A DNA stretch of 63,869 bases, filler included, from Octopus bimaculoides (lineage: Eukaryota), in the NCBI RefSeq assembly GCF_001194135.2. It is 6 parts of 6 records of this genome, joined end to end, with 100 filler letters (N's around TTAATTAATTAA, not from the genome) between each part and the next. Parts side by side here need not be neighbours in the genome. Positions count along the whole stretch, not along the records: positions 19,935 to 35,109 come from NC_068986.1; positions 35,210 to 50,230 come from NC_068990.1; 4 more parts are not named here. The stretch is one strand, 5' to 3'. Within the stretch, counting starts at the first letter, position 1. Every line of letters begins with the position of its first letter. Under the pieces are notes generated by a model. It searched no databases and had not been told where the DNA came from. It saw only the letters and a program-made list of their open reading frames with translations. The translations under genes were made by a program, and so were the position numbers. Below, one piece after another: positions 24,530-36,489 of this stretch.

Positions 24530-24918
24530 TGTTGTTGTTGGCACTCCGTCGCTTACGACGTCGAGGGTTCCAGTTGATCCGATCAACGGAACAGCCTGCT
24601 CGTGAAATTAACGTGCAAGTGGCTGAGCACTCCACAGACACGTGTACCCTTAACGTAGTTCTCGGGGATATTCAGCGTGACACAATGTGACAAGGCTGAC
24701 CCTTTGAATTACAGGTACAACAGAAACAGGAAGTAAGAGTGAGTGAAAGTTGTGGTGAAAGAGTACAGCAGGGTTCATCACCATCCCCTGCAGGAGCCTC
24801 GTGGAGCTGTTAGGTGCTTTCGCTCAATAAACACCCACAACGCCCGGTCTGGGAATCGAAACCGCGATCCTATGACCGCGAGTCCGCTGCCCTAACCATT
24901 GGGCCATTGCGCCTCCAC
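24530..24918 (-). mobile_element. SINE-C, head H1 plus tail T1, full length
   Basis: Reverse complement of the 21943 copy with the complete tRNA-like head; imperfect TSD tatgtacctgt/tatatacctgt. Confidence 0.95.
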
Positions 24919-25619
24919 TATATACCTGTATATTTCTATAAAAGTGTCAAGCATGAAGGCACGTAGAATCGTGGGTAGGACGTTGAAAACATGATCAAAA
25001 GATAGGTGAGGTTCGACTCCTGGGTCGAGTGACGCGTTGTGTCCTTGAGAAAAACTGGTAATTCCTTCGGTTTGCACAGATGAAATAACTACCAACCGAG
25101 TGTTGTTGAGTATCCGTCTCTTCGGCTGTCACATCATGGATGTTCTGCTAAGTTGGCCATTGGAATGTCTTTGCTAATTCTCAAATACAAAGCCACTTCA
25201 AACAATTAGCGAAAACAGCGCATGCTACCAGGCCGTACCAGCACGCGAATAATTTAAGGTATTTGAGGGGTGGGGGACATAAAATGCATAAAAGGAATAG
25301 AATGATGCAATTGTTAAATATTTTCTCGGATACTTTACCAGCCTTGTATAAGGTTTCTATATAAATATCCTTGTGAGCTGTCATACTGGGAAAAAGAAAA
25401 TTTTTCTACGACTTACATGTATATATTGCCTACACTGTATATATATGTGTGTGTTTGTGTGCGTGCGTGCGTGTGAGTGTGAGTGAGTGTGTGTGTGTGA
25501 GTGTGTGTGTGTACCCGTTTCCATATATTTATGTATATATATGTGTGTGTGTGTGTGTGTATATGTATGTACGTTCACACACAGACACACACAGATACAC
25601 ACACACACACACACTCACA

Positions 25620-25680
<61 letters not shown>

Positions 25681-25858
25681 CTGACAAGTGCGTAGCAGGT
25701 TTAATATAAATGCGTTTGTTAGAAGAAACATTGTATTTTGCCGTATGTCATTCAATTTGTTTTTATATTGTGCTGTCAATAATATTATTTGTAATTTGTG
25801 AAGTTTTAAATGTTTCCTAACACACGCCTCACCACACACACTTACATACATACATATT

Positions 25859-25896
<38 letters not shown>

Positions 25897-27314
25897 CGGG
25901 AATAACATTTAGAAAAGAAAAAGAAATGAACCATTAATTATGAGTAAAATAAAACCGAACAAAATCCTCTTCTTGTAATGCACCGATCGATAAGGGGAGG
26001 TAAAACTTCATTGTATCGTTGGTGAGGATTTCAGACAACGTTTAAACTACACAAGAGTATTCACGCACAGAAAATCAAATTAACTAAAAGCTCAAATTGA
26101 ATTAACTAAAAGCTCAAGCAGAAATGATTTGAGACACAAAAAGGTATGACAAACAGATACAAATGTTAAACAAACAAGAAATTGGAAATAAACTTAAACC
26201 AAAAAAACACGTAAACGATTTCGATAACATCGACAATATAAATGTGTTTGTAATACTTTTAACTAAATGAACCCTTAATAGATATTTTAATCAACCGTTT
26301 CGTTAACAGTTACTGTAGTTACTTAGATTCAACCGTTCCCTCAAATAATTCTTTGTTATCGCTCCCACGCTTATTAACTCTGCATCATTCAGTTAAGGGT
26401 ATTTTCCTTTTAACAGTATTCTATTTAACAATGTTCATTACTCATTCAGTATTTGGTCGTTATGTACTAAGTACTCGAAATTTGAATCCTAAACATGACT
26501 TGACACTCAGAACTCCTCTTTGTTTAAATGCATGTATGTATGTGTTTATGTGTGTATATTTCGTACATATATTTGGTTAACACCGATGTAGACACATACA
26601 CTGGTTCGTTACTTTTGGTGACCCATCACACTGGTCCACTACACATATGTAACAAACCGGTGTGTTTCTAAATCGGTATTACCAAATATATGTACAGGGT
26701 TACCATATGTAACGTGCAAATGTAAGGTTCTCACGTCGGAGGTATCAATCGTAACGTACAGATGAAAAGTTACTTCGTATAGAAAGAACGATTCTTGTTC
26801 CGTTGTCGGGGTCGATATATCTAGTTAGTTGTTCGAAAGTAAGATGAGACAGCGTAATAACTTTCAAGAGAATAGAATAATATTCACAGATTTATTTGCC
26901 GGCTGCGGTTAGTTAAGACAGATAGTAGCAATTGTAAATAAACGACAATGACAATGTGTTGGTCGCTCGCTTCTAGTTGGTACTGTGGAAGACAAGTACG
27001 TTCTATTGGCAGAGCGGAAGAAAGGGCATGGATTAAGTTGTCCCTTTCCATTGGGCTGAAGCTCCCGGTTGGAGGTCTGCCAACCGAAGAGATCGAGAGA
27101 CTGGTGCCCTCAGTTATATAAGGTATTGCCAGGAGGTAGATCAAACCTAAAACAATGGAATGACTCTACCATGAGCAGCAAAGGTCCTCGGAGGTCAAGT
27201 ATTTCTCAGTAATCTCCCATCATAGAAATAAAACACAAAAGATCAGGCTTTCGTCTGACAAGTGTGTGGATTCGGTTTCGAATCTCAGATAGTCAGGGCC
27301 AAGCGATTTCTCAC

Positions 27315-27345
<31 letters not shown>

Positions 27346-27832
27346 TGTATGTATGTATGTATGTATGTATGCATGCATGCATGCAGGTATTCATTCTAAG
27401 ATGTGGCAATAATGGTTACACTATTCTTCGCTGTTAATGTCTAATAAGACTGAAGCTTGTCTAGTATCATCACAGCTTAGCAAAAATTCTATTCATTTCC
27501 ATTTAGCGTTCTATATATAATTTTAATTAATTTTAATTTCCAGAATTGACTCCATTTCCCTTTACTTTTAGCAGAATTAATCATTAAAATAATTGTTCTA
27601 AATTGTTTTAATTTATTAAAAGGTTTCGGCTCACTACATTACTATTCATTGATTCTGTACCTTATTCTGTTTACCGTTAGCTGTTTCTCCAGCTATGTGC
27701 TTTTGTCAGTGATTGTTAAAAGCTTTAGAAGTAACTGTTTATCCTCCACAAGTTACTATTCATACCCCACCGAGGTTCAATGCATGATCAACAGTGTAGT
27801 TCTTTCTCCCCCCCCCCCNNNNNNNNNNNNNN

Positions 27833-27878
<46 letters not shown>

Positions 27879-28045
27879 CGAGATCTGGATCTCTCGATTT
27901 TGCATTCCAGGAGACTGAAGGAGTGGGCTCCTGTAAGGGATCTGCGAAACTTGAAGTAGCACGGAACCGAATCAAATAGCTTTAAGTAAAAACATGTACC
28001 TTCTACTAAATGAGTGCTCTTTTCTTTCGTTTGTCCACTCACTCA

Positions 28046-28081
<36 letters not shown>

Positions 28082-28394
28082 AATCTATTTGTCTGTATAT
28101 ATATATATATATATATATACATACATACATACATAGATACATACGGAATATAAACCACAGCAGTAATTGTTTTCATCTCAATAGACGTCATTGATTAGTT
28201 GAAATTACCGAAATATGACAACTTTAATACGAAATAACTTCGAAAATAAAGAATTTTCTTAAAAACGCCAAGAGTAAATTATATTTTTAAATGACACATT
28301 CTACCAGTATACCAAATTTGAAAGTGTTTAGTTACAAAAAATTTTTTGTTCTATGTGCCGGCCAAAAGGAAAAGATCCCATTCTATTACTCGTA

Positions 28395-28638
28395 GTGGAA
28401 ACGTGTGGCTTAGTGGTTAGTGTGTTGGACTCATGATCGTAAGATTATGGTTTCGATTCATAGACCGGGCGACGCATTGTGTACTTGAGCAAAACACTTA
28501 ATTTCACGTTGTTCAATCCTCCAATCAGTTGCCAAAAATGAGTAATCCTGCGACGGACCAGCGTCCTGTCTAGGTGGAGTATTTATACACCATAGAAACC
28601 GGGAAACCAGTCCTTATGAGTCGGTATTAGTCGAGAAG
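28395..28638 (+). mobile_element. SINE-C, head H2 plus tail T2
   Basis: gtggcttagtggttagtgtgttggactcatgatcg..gacgcattgtgtacttgagcaaaacac..gagtaatcctgcgacggaccagcgtcctgtctagg..catagaaacc. Confidence 0.8.
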
Positions 28639-29020
28639 GAATGTGAAGACGCAGGCTGGAAAGTGGAGCATTTTTCAATCGAAGTCGGATGTAGCGGGTT
28701 TGTTGGACACAGTCTGAGACGACTGTTGTTATCGTTAGGCCTAACTCATCGTAAGGTAAATACCACCATTACCGATATCCAAACTACAGTGGAGAAGGCT
28801 AGCCAATGGATTTGGTTAAAAAGAGACGATGAGCGACGGCTAGAAGTATATTGAACTTTATTTGATAACCAGCTGATCTAACATGCGGGGCCTCATATCA
28901 GTGAGGGTCCATTGTGCATTGTTGCTGTCGAGAGGTAGGCCTCGAAACGGCGCGAATTCTCTCCTGATGACCTCATACACTTGCTGGCTTCCGGTATGCG
29001 GAGCTCTCGACTGGTAGCAC
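28639..29020 (+). pseudogene. HERO-like RLE LINE 3' end (endonuclease C-terminus plus 3' UTR)
   Basis: ECEDAGWKVEHFSIEVGCSGFVGHSLRRLLLSLGL..TVEKASQWIWLKRDD fits the recalled HERO/NeSL-group C-terminus EC..GW..PVEVGCRGF..S...AE.AS.WLWLKR. Confidence 0.75.
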
Positions 29021-29644
29021 TTGTATGTTTAAATGGTTTGCAAAACATCTCTTCCGTTCAGAAATCCATCACCAACATATATAATGCAAATTCTTTTTCA
29101 GCAGAATGTTTCTTTTTTCTTTTGTATATTTTCGTTACCTTATTCCTTGCATCGCTAAAGGTATCTGCTCAGGTCAGCATAAAAGACAACTAAATGTCAA
29201 CTGAAATTGCTATGGCGCGTGTTGGAGGATTAGTCACGAGCTGTAAAGTAAAGAATAGGAGGAAAATTAGTACGTATACAATGCTTCTGTTAGCTGATTG
29301 AAGTAAGTGCTGCAGTGTTAAAATATTCGGCTGAAGAGTAAGAGGCAGAAGAGGAGGTGAAGCTAGAGGAAGAAGAGGAGGGGGAGAAGGAGGAAATAAG
29401 CACAGTAGGAAATAAAAAAAAGGCAAATATGGATTTGGTGGTTAATTGAGCCGGGAGATTAACTGTTGAGAATGAGGAGAGGACGCGTGAGCATGGTAGC
29501 AGTGAGAGAGAGAGAGAGAGAAAGAGAGGGGGGAGAGAGGGAGAGAAAGCGGGAGGAAAGGAGAAAAGAGTTACAGAGGGAATAAGGAAGACAGGAAGAG
29601 ACGGACGGGAAAGAGGAGGATGAAGAGAAAGATGTAGAAAGAGG

Positions 29645-29778
<134 letters not shown>

Positions 29779-30349
29779 ACGAATGCTTGTGGGAAATATT
29801 TTTCGCAAACGAGTTTGGTCTGCTTAATGAATGCGTATCAAGCGACGAGTTTGTTAGATTAGTTTTGTACGATTTACATAGGAATTCGATCTAATTAGGA
29901 GGAGACTAAATATTTAAAAAGTAATAGGGGGGGAGCCAAAAAAGGTTGTGGGGAGAAAGAATGATTAGCTAGCTTCAACGTATCGACAAGTGGAATGATG
30001 AATACAATCTGCAATTAATGCTTCTTTCTGGTAAAGGTGTCTGCGAGTTAAAGAGGCAATATATATTAATAATTCACTTGATGACAGTGCAGTAACACAA
30101 GGGATGAAATCTAAGGCAGATTAAGAATGTTTGCAATGAAATCTGATCGCTGAAAGTGAATATGGCAGTTATAAATTACAAGAAACAGTCAATATGAAGG
30201 CACAGAAATACAGATAATATATATATATATATACAAGAAATAGTCAATATGGTGGCACAGAAATACAGACAATATATATATATATATATATGAATGATAG
30301 ATTAGTGCTTGTAAACAGTGTATGTTGCTAGGAGTGTGCATTATAAGCA

Positions 30350-30398
<49 letters not shown>

Positions 30399-30457
30399 TG
30401 ATAGGAAGGACAACAAAAGAAAGAAAGAGACCTCGATATTATGTAAATAGAGGAATT

Positions 30458-30700
30458 TATCTGTAAAAATATGTGACACTTATTCGGTAGCCATGATACA
30501 ACTCCGAGTTGTGGATGCCGTTGTTGGAACTCACGCCAACATCTCTTCAGTTATCCGGCCATTGAAACTTTTTTTTTTTTCACAGGAATTTTCAATGGCC
30601 GGATAACTGAAGAGATGTTGGCATAGGTTCCCAACCCGGCATCCGAAACTCGAAGTTATATCATAGCTACCGAATAAGTGTCACATATTTTTTACAGATA
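30458..30700. mobile_element. Fold-back element with about 110-bp inverted arms, each with a hammerhead-like motif
   Basis: tatctgtaaaaatatgtgacacttattcggtagc...tccggccattgaaa / tttcaatggccgga...gctaccgaataagtgtcacatattttttacagata. Confidence 0.8.
30602..30662 (+). ncRNA. Hammerhead-like motif with extended stem II
   Basis: gataa CTGAAGA gatg[ttgg..ccaa]catc c GAAAC tcga(a) GTT atatc; stems I and III are weak. Confidence 0.45.
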
Positions 30701-33700
30701 TATATATATATATATAATGGATGAGTTAGCATTACTGTAATGTACAATAAAACGATAAGAAATATTGTCGTTAAAGTGTCGAACAGAAATAGCTTGCGGT
30801 ACTTTTCCTGACTCGCTTCAGGATAAACCTTTAGACAATGGACACCACTACGTGTGTAAATAAAATTGTTGATTTGAAACAAATGTCGTATTATACGGTC
30901 TCATCGTGTACAAGTTAGCTCGCCCGGACCAGTTTAATAAACTCTTTATTAATGGCAAATATAAATACAATCTCACCGAAAACAGTAAGAGAAGTGATGG
31001 ACTTTTACTGACGATGTCTCAATAACGATTGAAAATGGCTCAGTTGATTCCTCTTTTTCTGTTCATTGTGAGTTTGTCTAAAGAATCAGGTTTACGTCTG
31101 TGCAGTGTATTTTGATAAGTTTACTTAACTGAATTAATTTTACTTAATTTACACGCGGAATGTTAGCTGAAATCTATAGGCTTATCATGTTGTACAGTAT
31201 AGTAGATGAATGCGTATGTATATGTGTGTCTGTGTCTACATGTATGAGAAATTTAGAGAACTCGATAGTGAAAACAGAGTACTAAATATTGAAAATATAG
31301 TTCATAAAACTGAAACTTCGGATGTCACGACTCTGAGTTCCACGTCTCCAATTCTCAAACTAAATTTCGGGAATGTAATAGAAGACCGTTAATTAGAATA
31401 CACAGAGAAAAAAAAAAGAAAACCTTTGCATCGGTGCATACGCAATGATCAAGTCATGTAAATAAATAAATATTAAATAGATAATTAATGAAAATATATG
31501 TAAATAAAAATAGAGAATAAAATTAAATGTAAAGAAAGAAGAATAAGAGTATATATTAATCGCAAAGGCTAATACTCTTTATAAAACGTCATTTATCTTC
31601 AAATATTACAAACATTTTAACAATTCAAGTCGTTCTCACTGCACTTCTGCCGTTGGGTCAGTTATACTGTTTTATTAATATTTGCCGCCCATCTCGTTCA
31701 CCGTCTTCCTTTATGCATTCCCATTTTCTCATCTCAGTCCACTAGCTAGTATAATTGAGCCACACACTCGGCTTTTTCTTTTACTTTCTATTTATCCAAA
31801 CATAATAGTATTTGCAAACGTTCTACATGTGACGAAACCATTGCATCTCTCATTGCCTTGCTGATTCTATGAGTCTTTTTCTCTGCGCATCTGTCCAAAC
31901 AATACATGATTTTTTTTTTACTTAGACTGATTGTTTGTCCGGTAGTCATTCCACGTAATAACAAGTAGTTTGCCTGACGACCATTATTATAGAATACAAA
32001 AGAAATAGAAAGGGAATGTATATAGAAAAAAAAATGGATAAAGCAAGATGTTGCTACATGCACTCGCTGTCAGAACGTACTCTCTTTTCATAACACCATA
32101 GTAAAATTATGCAATAAACAATGTGCTGAGTTTGTCTCTCCACTTAAATGAACAAGGAAAAAAAACCAAAAAAGGAACTTAGCAGAAGAGTAAAAAAAAA
32201 ATGAAAACAGAAAAAGAGAAAACTATAAAATATGCGAGTGAGATAGAAAATTCTCGCTAGAATTCTATACCAGACCCTTTCTCTAAAAATTACATTGCAG
32301 ATATTTGCTTTGTACAAGTACTTACTAAGATAATTTCTAAAAATTCAAACTGCTCCTGTTCTGTGATAATTTTAAAACAACCAGTTAAGCAACGATAACG
32401 ACTGAGCGTGTGTGTCCTGTGACAATGCTTGTGAGCAGGCGCAAAAGTAAAACTAGATACGATGTATAAGAAGTTTCCCTCACTCTCCAAATAAAATAGA
32501 ACTTGTGAGACTTGTTGAAAAATTGTTTGCGTTGATGAACGAATGTTGATGCGAGTAATATTTTGTCTTAGATTTGTTTTTGTTGTAGCGCCGATGCAGG
32601 ATTTTGGTTGGGAAACATCATTCGATATATTAAAGAACTAAAGACAGAGTATATTTTAGATTCAAAAAGAACTTTGTTTATCTCAATTTTGAAAATAAGT
32701 GTAAAAAGACCGCATTATTTATGCGATGACCCAATAGTTGAAAAGATAGACTTTTCCTAAAATATAATCAACAAAAAGAAATTCCAGATCATTATTTACC
32801 CTCAAACGTTAAACTTCTAGAAGACTGGGACATGTTTACCATCTCAGTCATATATATTTGGTAGTTATGTCGATTAGATTATCGGATAACATTAATTACA
32901 TAGAAAATTTCACAAGGAATTGAATTTAAATTTCTGCTTAAAAGCAAAAAATATATAATTTTAATGCAGTTTCAACTGTCTTGGAATCAGACGTAATTGA
33001 AATTAGTTCAAACTGTATAGAAATGATATTTTAATATATATTTTATTGACTATTTTATAATTTTTGTATTCTGACGTATGGAATTAAACGGCGAGAGTGG
33101 AATGGTCAGTGTTTCGTGTTCTGCATATTGTTTTTAGATTGCCGACTAAGTAATGGATAAAGTAGAATTGGATGAGGAATTTAAAAGTATTGAAACAGGC
33201 AGTTTTACCTACTTCCTTTCTATGACCATTAGTAATTCATATTTTCAATATTTTTTATTGTAGCTTGATTTCAGATATTTTTATCACAAAAGCAGACAAA
33301 CAAACAAAACAAAACTGCTGTGCATATTTTATTGCTTTTTCCCACTGTTTATTATAATTATAAATAAGTTTGTTTTATTAAAATTGTTAGATCAGGAGAT
33401 CGGAAATGCGACTATGGCTTGCAGGTTCTGTGGACGATTGAGATCGATACAGTAAATGCAATTATTTTACAATGGAAACCTGATGACTGCAGCAAAAAAC
33501 ATGGCTAAGACGTAAATTTAGAAGATTTGACAATTTCGATGAAAAAAGACCTAGGAAAATTCTTATTCTTTGTTTGTGTGTTGGTGATGGAGGTGAATGC
33601 AATATGAGGGTTAAAATGAGAGAATAGTAATCCAGACGGGTAAAGGTAGAGATGGAACGAGAACAATCAACTGCAAGGACAACTGTTGACCAGATATTGG

Positions 33701-33762
33701 AGTGTGTTGACCAGAAAACTAAAAAAAACTTCTTTTATTTGTTTTAATATTATGAGTTTTTC

Positions 33763-33987
33763 GGCGAGCTGGCAGAATCGTTAGCACGCCGGGCGAAATG
33801 CTTAGCGGTATTTCGTCTCTCTTTACGTTCCGAGTTCAAATTCCGCCGAGGTCGACTTTGCTTGTCATCATTTCGGGGTCGATAAATTAAGTACCAGTTA
33901 CGCACTGGGGTCGATGTAATTGACTAGTCCTTTCCCCCAAATTTCAGGCCTTGTGTCTATAGTAGAAATGATTATTATTATCATTAC

Positions 33988-34018
<31 letters not shown>
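33763..34018 (+). mobile_element. SINE-B, full length, B1 tail with (ATT)n
   Basis: ggcgagctggcagaatcgttagcacgccgggcgaaatgcttagcgg...ggccttgtgtctatagtagaaatg(att)n. Confidence 0.95.
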
Positions 34019-34600
34019 GAGTAAAAGAGCAGCGCATGCCATCAAAGTGACACACACTGGGATACAAATATACAGAGCCCTATATACCCATCTGATAAGG
34101 GTACATCTACACGTCTGATAAGTGTACACCAAGCACATGCATCACAAACAATTGTGCGTGACATGGTAATTTCATATGAAGATAAACAGTGTATGATCTT
34201 GCAGATGGGGCCCAGTTAGAATTTTCTTCGGGTTGAGTAGCTCATCCCACTCTAAATGTCCCTGAATAAAGTGTGTTTAAGAATGTTGAATGAAGCACCA
34301 ATATTTGCAGAGGTATATGAGTGAAATCCCAAATAATTCCTCTCAACAAAAGGCTATGATGCTCCCCTAATACTTCTGCTCATGATCAGAGATGTACATA
34401 TAGGCAGGCACTAAGCGACATTCTCAACTGGTTATGGTCAAACAACTGACAAGCAAATCTGTGGTATTGAGCAGAATATTTGCTGTAGCACATCTTTTAT
34501 ACTAAGACAGAATATGTACATGATAACACTTCCAATCAGTTAAAATGAGAAGCCAATGAGAAGCCATGAGAGCCACTGCCTTGTACTACATCAGTTCATT
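34019..34600 (-). mobile_element. Unclassified (TAA)n-tailed retroelement 3' segment
   Basis: Its terminus matches the short copy at 8752-8825; 3' end joins the (AAT)n strand of the SINE-B tail; left boundary firm, right boundary inferred from the (ATC)n array. Confidence 0.55.
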
Positions 34601-34628
34601 TATCATCATCATCATCATCATCATCATT

Positions 34629-34847
34629 AAGGCCGCGAGCTGGTAGAATCGTTAGCACGCTGGATGAAATGCTTAGCAGTATTTCGCCTATCGTTACGTA
34701 CTCCTCCGAGGTCGACTATGCCTTTTATCATTTCGGGGTCAGTAAATTAAGTACCAGTGAAACACTGGGTTCAGTGAAACACTGGGGTCGATCTAATCGA
34801 CAATCTCCTCCCCACAAAACCGAGGCCTTGGGCCTATAGTAGAAAAG

Positions 34848-34880
<33 letters not shown>
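34629..34880 (+). mobile_element. SINE-B, B1 tail
   Basis: aaggccgcgagctggtagaatcgttagcacg...ggcctatagtagaaaag(att)n; preceded by (ATC)n. Confidence 0.9.
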
Positions 34881-34883
<3 letters not shown>

Positions 34884-35109
34884 TAGTTTTATTTTTATAA
34901 CGTGCTTTCACTTCACTACCGAGCGCAGCTCTGTGCGCCTTGGGTATGTGGTGTGGTTTGCTGTGGTGCTCTTATGTTTACTCTATTGAAAGTGTTTTGC
35001 GTAGGATGTGTGCAGTACCCAGTAGTGCAATTTTCTGTATGTTATATATATTTGTAAGTCCTGCTATTTTTGTTATGTATTTTTTTTCTTCATGATCTTT
35101 GACAACTAT
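34881..35109 (-). pseudogene. R4/Dong-type LINE 3' end with 3' UTR and (TAA)n
   Basis: Minus frame IQKIALLGTAHILRKTLSIE*; the UTR runs into the (AAT)n strand of the adjacent SINE tail; cut off by a gap. Confidence 0.85.
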
Positions 35110-35209
35110 NNNNNNNNNNNNNNNNNNNNNNNNNNNNNNNNNNNNNNNNNNNNTTAATTAATTAANNNNNNNNNNNNNNNNNNNNNNNNNNNNNNNNNNN
35201 NNNNNNNNN

Positions 35210-35248
<39 letters not shown>

Positions 35249-35250
35249 GA

Positions 35251-36265
35251 ATGTTTAATCATGCCATGTCAAAAGAAACCTTATAACTGTCTGAATTTCA
35301 AAGAGGTCGAATTGTGGGTCATTCTGAAGGTGGCCATAGTCAGCCTAAAATCGCCGAAAACTCTAGGACCCCACTTTCTACAGTTAATAGAGTGATAGTA
35401 CAATTCACCAGAAAGAGGAAAGAGTCCACATCACCTTGTCCAGATCAACCAGGGCCCTCTGACAGGACCCTTCTCTTCGTTAAGAGAAGTGTGGAGGATA
35501 ATCCTTCTTGCAAGGCCTCTGATATAGTCGAACAAGTTGATGTCAGGTGTCTTCACAAACTTGTTTACTATAGCAGAGCAGCAAGGAGGAAGCCACTTCT
35601 TTGACCAGCAAACATCAAGCGGAGAAAAGATTGTGCCAGTGAGACGGTGCAGAGGCCACTAGCATTTTGGGACACAGTCGTATTTTCTGATGATTCCAGA
35701 TTTGCTGTATTTCCTGACAGTGGTCGAGTGTGGCTCTGGAGACTCTGTGGTCAAGAATTTGATGTGAAAACATTGCAGCCAACAATGAAACACGGCAGCT
35801 ATTCTGTGATGGTCTGGGGAGCAATTTGGAGCAATGGTTTAACAGAGCAGGAGGAGTGTGAGGAAAACATAAACACAAATAAATATGTGTCCATATTTCA
35901 AAAAGGACTCATTCCAATCTTCTCCAGTGGTAAAATGATTAAAGAAAACTTTATTTATGGAAGATAGGGCTCCTAGTCACACGGCTAAAATGACCCAGGA
36001 TTTGTTGGATGAGAATTGCATTTAAAAGCTCCCATGGTCAATCCAGTCACCAGATATGAACTCTATTGAACACTTCTGAGACATAATGGACAGAACACTT
36101 CATAAAAAGAACAAGAAAGCAACTTCAAAGCCAGATATTTTGAGATTACTGTATGAAACTTAGCAAGAAATTCCGCAAGAGAATATTCGTCATCTGATCC
36201 GTAACATTCCTAATAGGGTCCTTGCATTGAAAAATACAAAGGGCTTGCCTACTAAATATTACATA
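35251..36265 (+). pseudogene. Tc1-family DD34E transposase, near full length, inactivated
   Basis: [26 protein letters not shown] (HTH); RAARRKPLL; WDTVVFSDDSRF; PTMKHGSYSVMVWGAI; D.APSHTAK; WSIQSPDMNSIEH; IPNRVLALKNTKGLPTKY; several stops and frameshifts. Confidence 0.9.
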
Positions 36266-36356
36266 TTCACATTACAACGATTAATATATATTTTGAATGT
36301 ATAATTTCAGATTTAAATAAATTTTAATGATTATAAGGTATCAATTTACTTCTGTC

Positions 36357-36413
<57 letters not shown>

Positions 36414-36489
36414 ATCTTTAAATCTTTAAATTGTTTCGGCTTTAAAGCTGTGGTCATGCTGGGGCTCCACCGTTGGCCGTGTTACATCA

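Noticed and set aside
25990-26330. Possible GIY-YIG remnant (VGEDFRQRLNY)
   Set aside because: Single weak motif with no supporting upstream or downstream pattern.
26884-27144. 86-aa minus ORF in moderately GC-rich sequence
   Set aside because: No motif and no clear splice signals; cannot be distinguished from an unrecognised repeat fragment.
27905-27965. ctgaagga...gcgaaacttgaagta as a hammerhead
   Set aside because: The core is altered and stem I cannot be closed; at best a decayed PLE terminus.
33385-33560. Possible exon after ttgttag
   Set aside because: All frames close within about 40 codons and there is no good donor.
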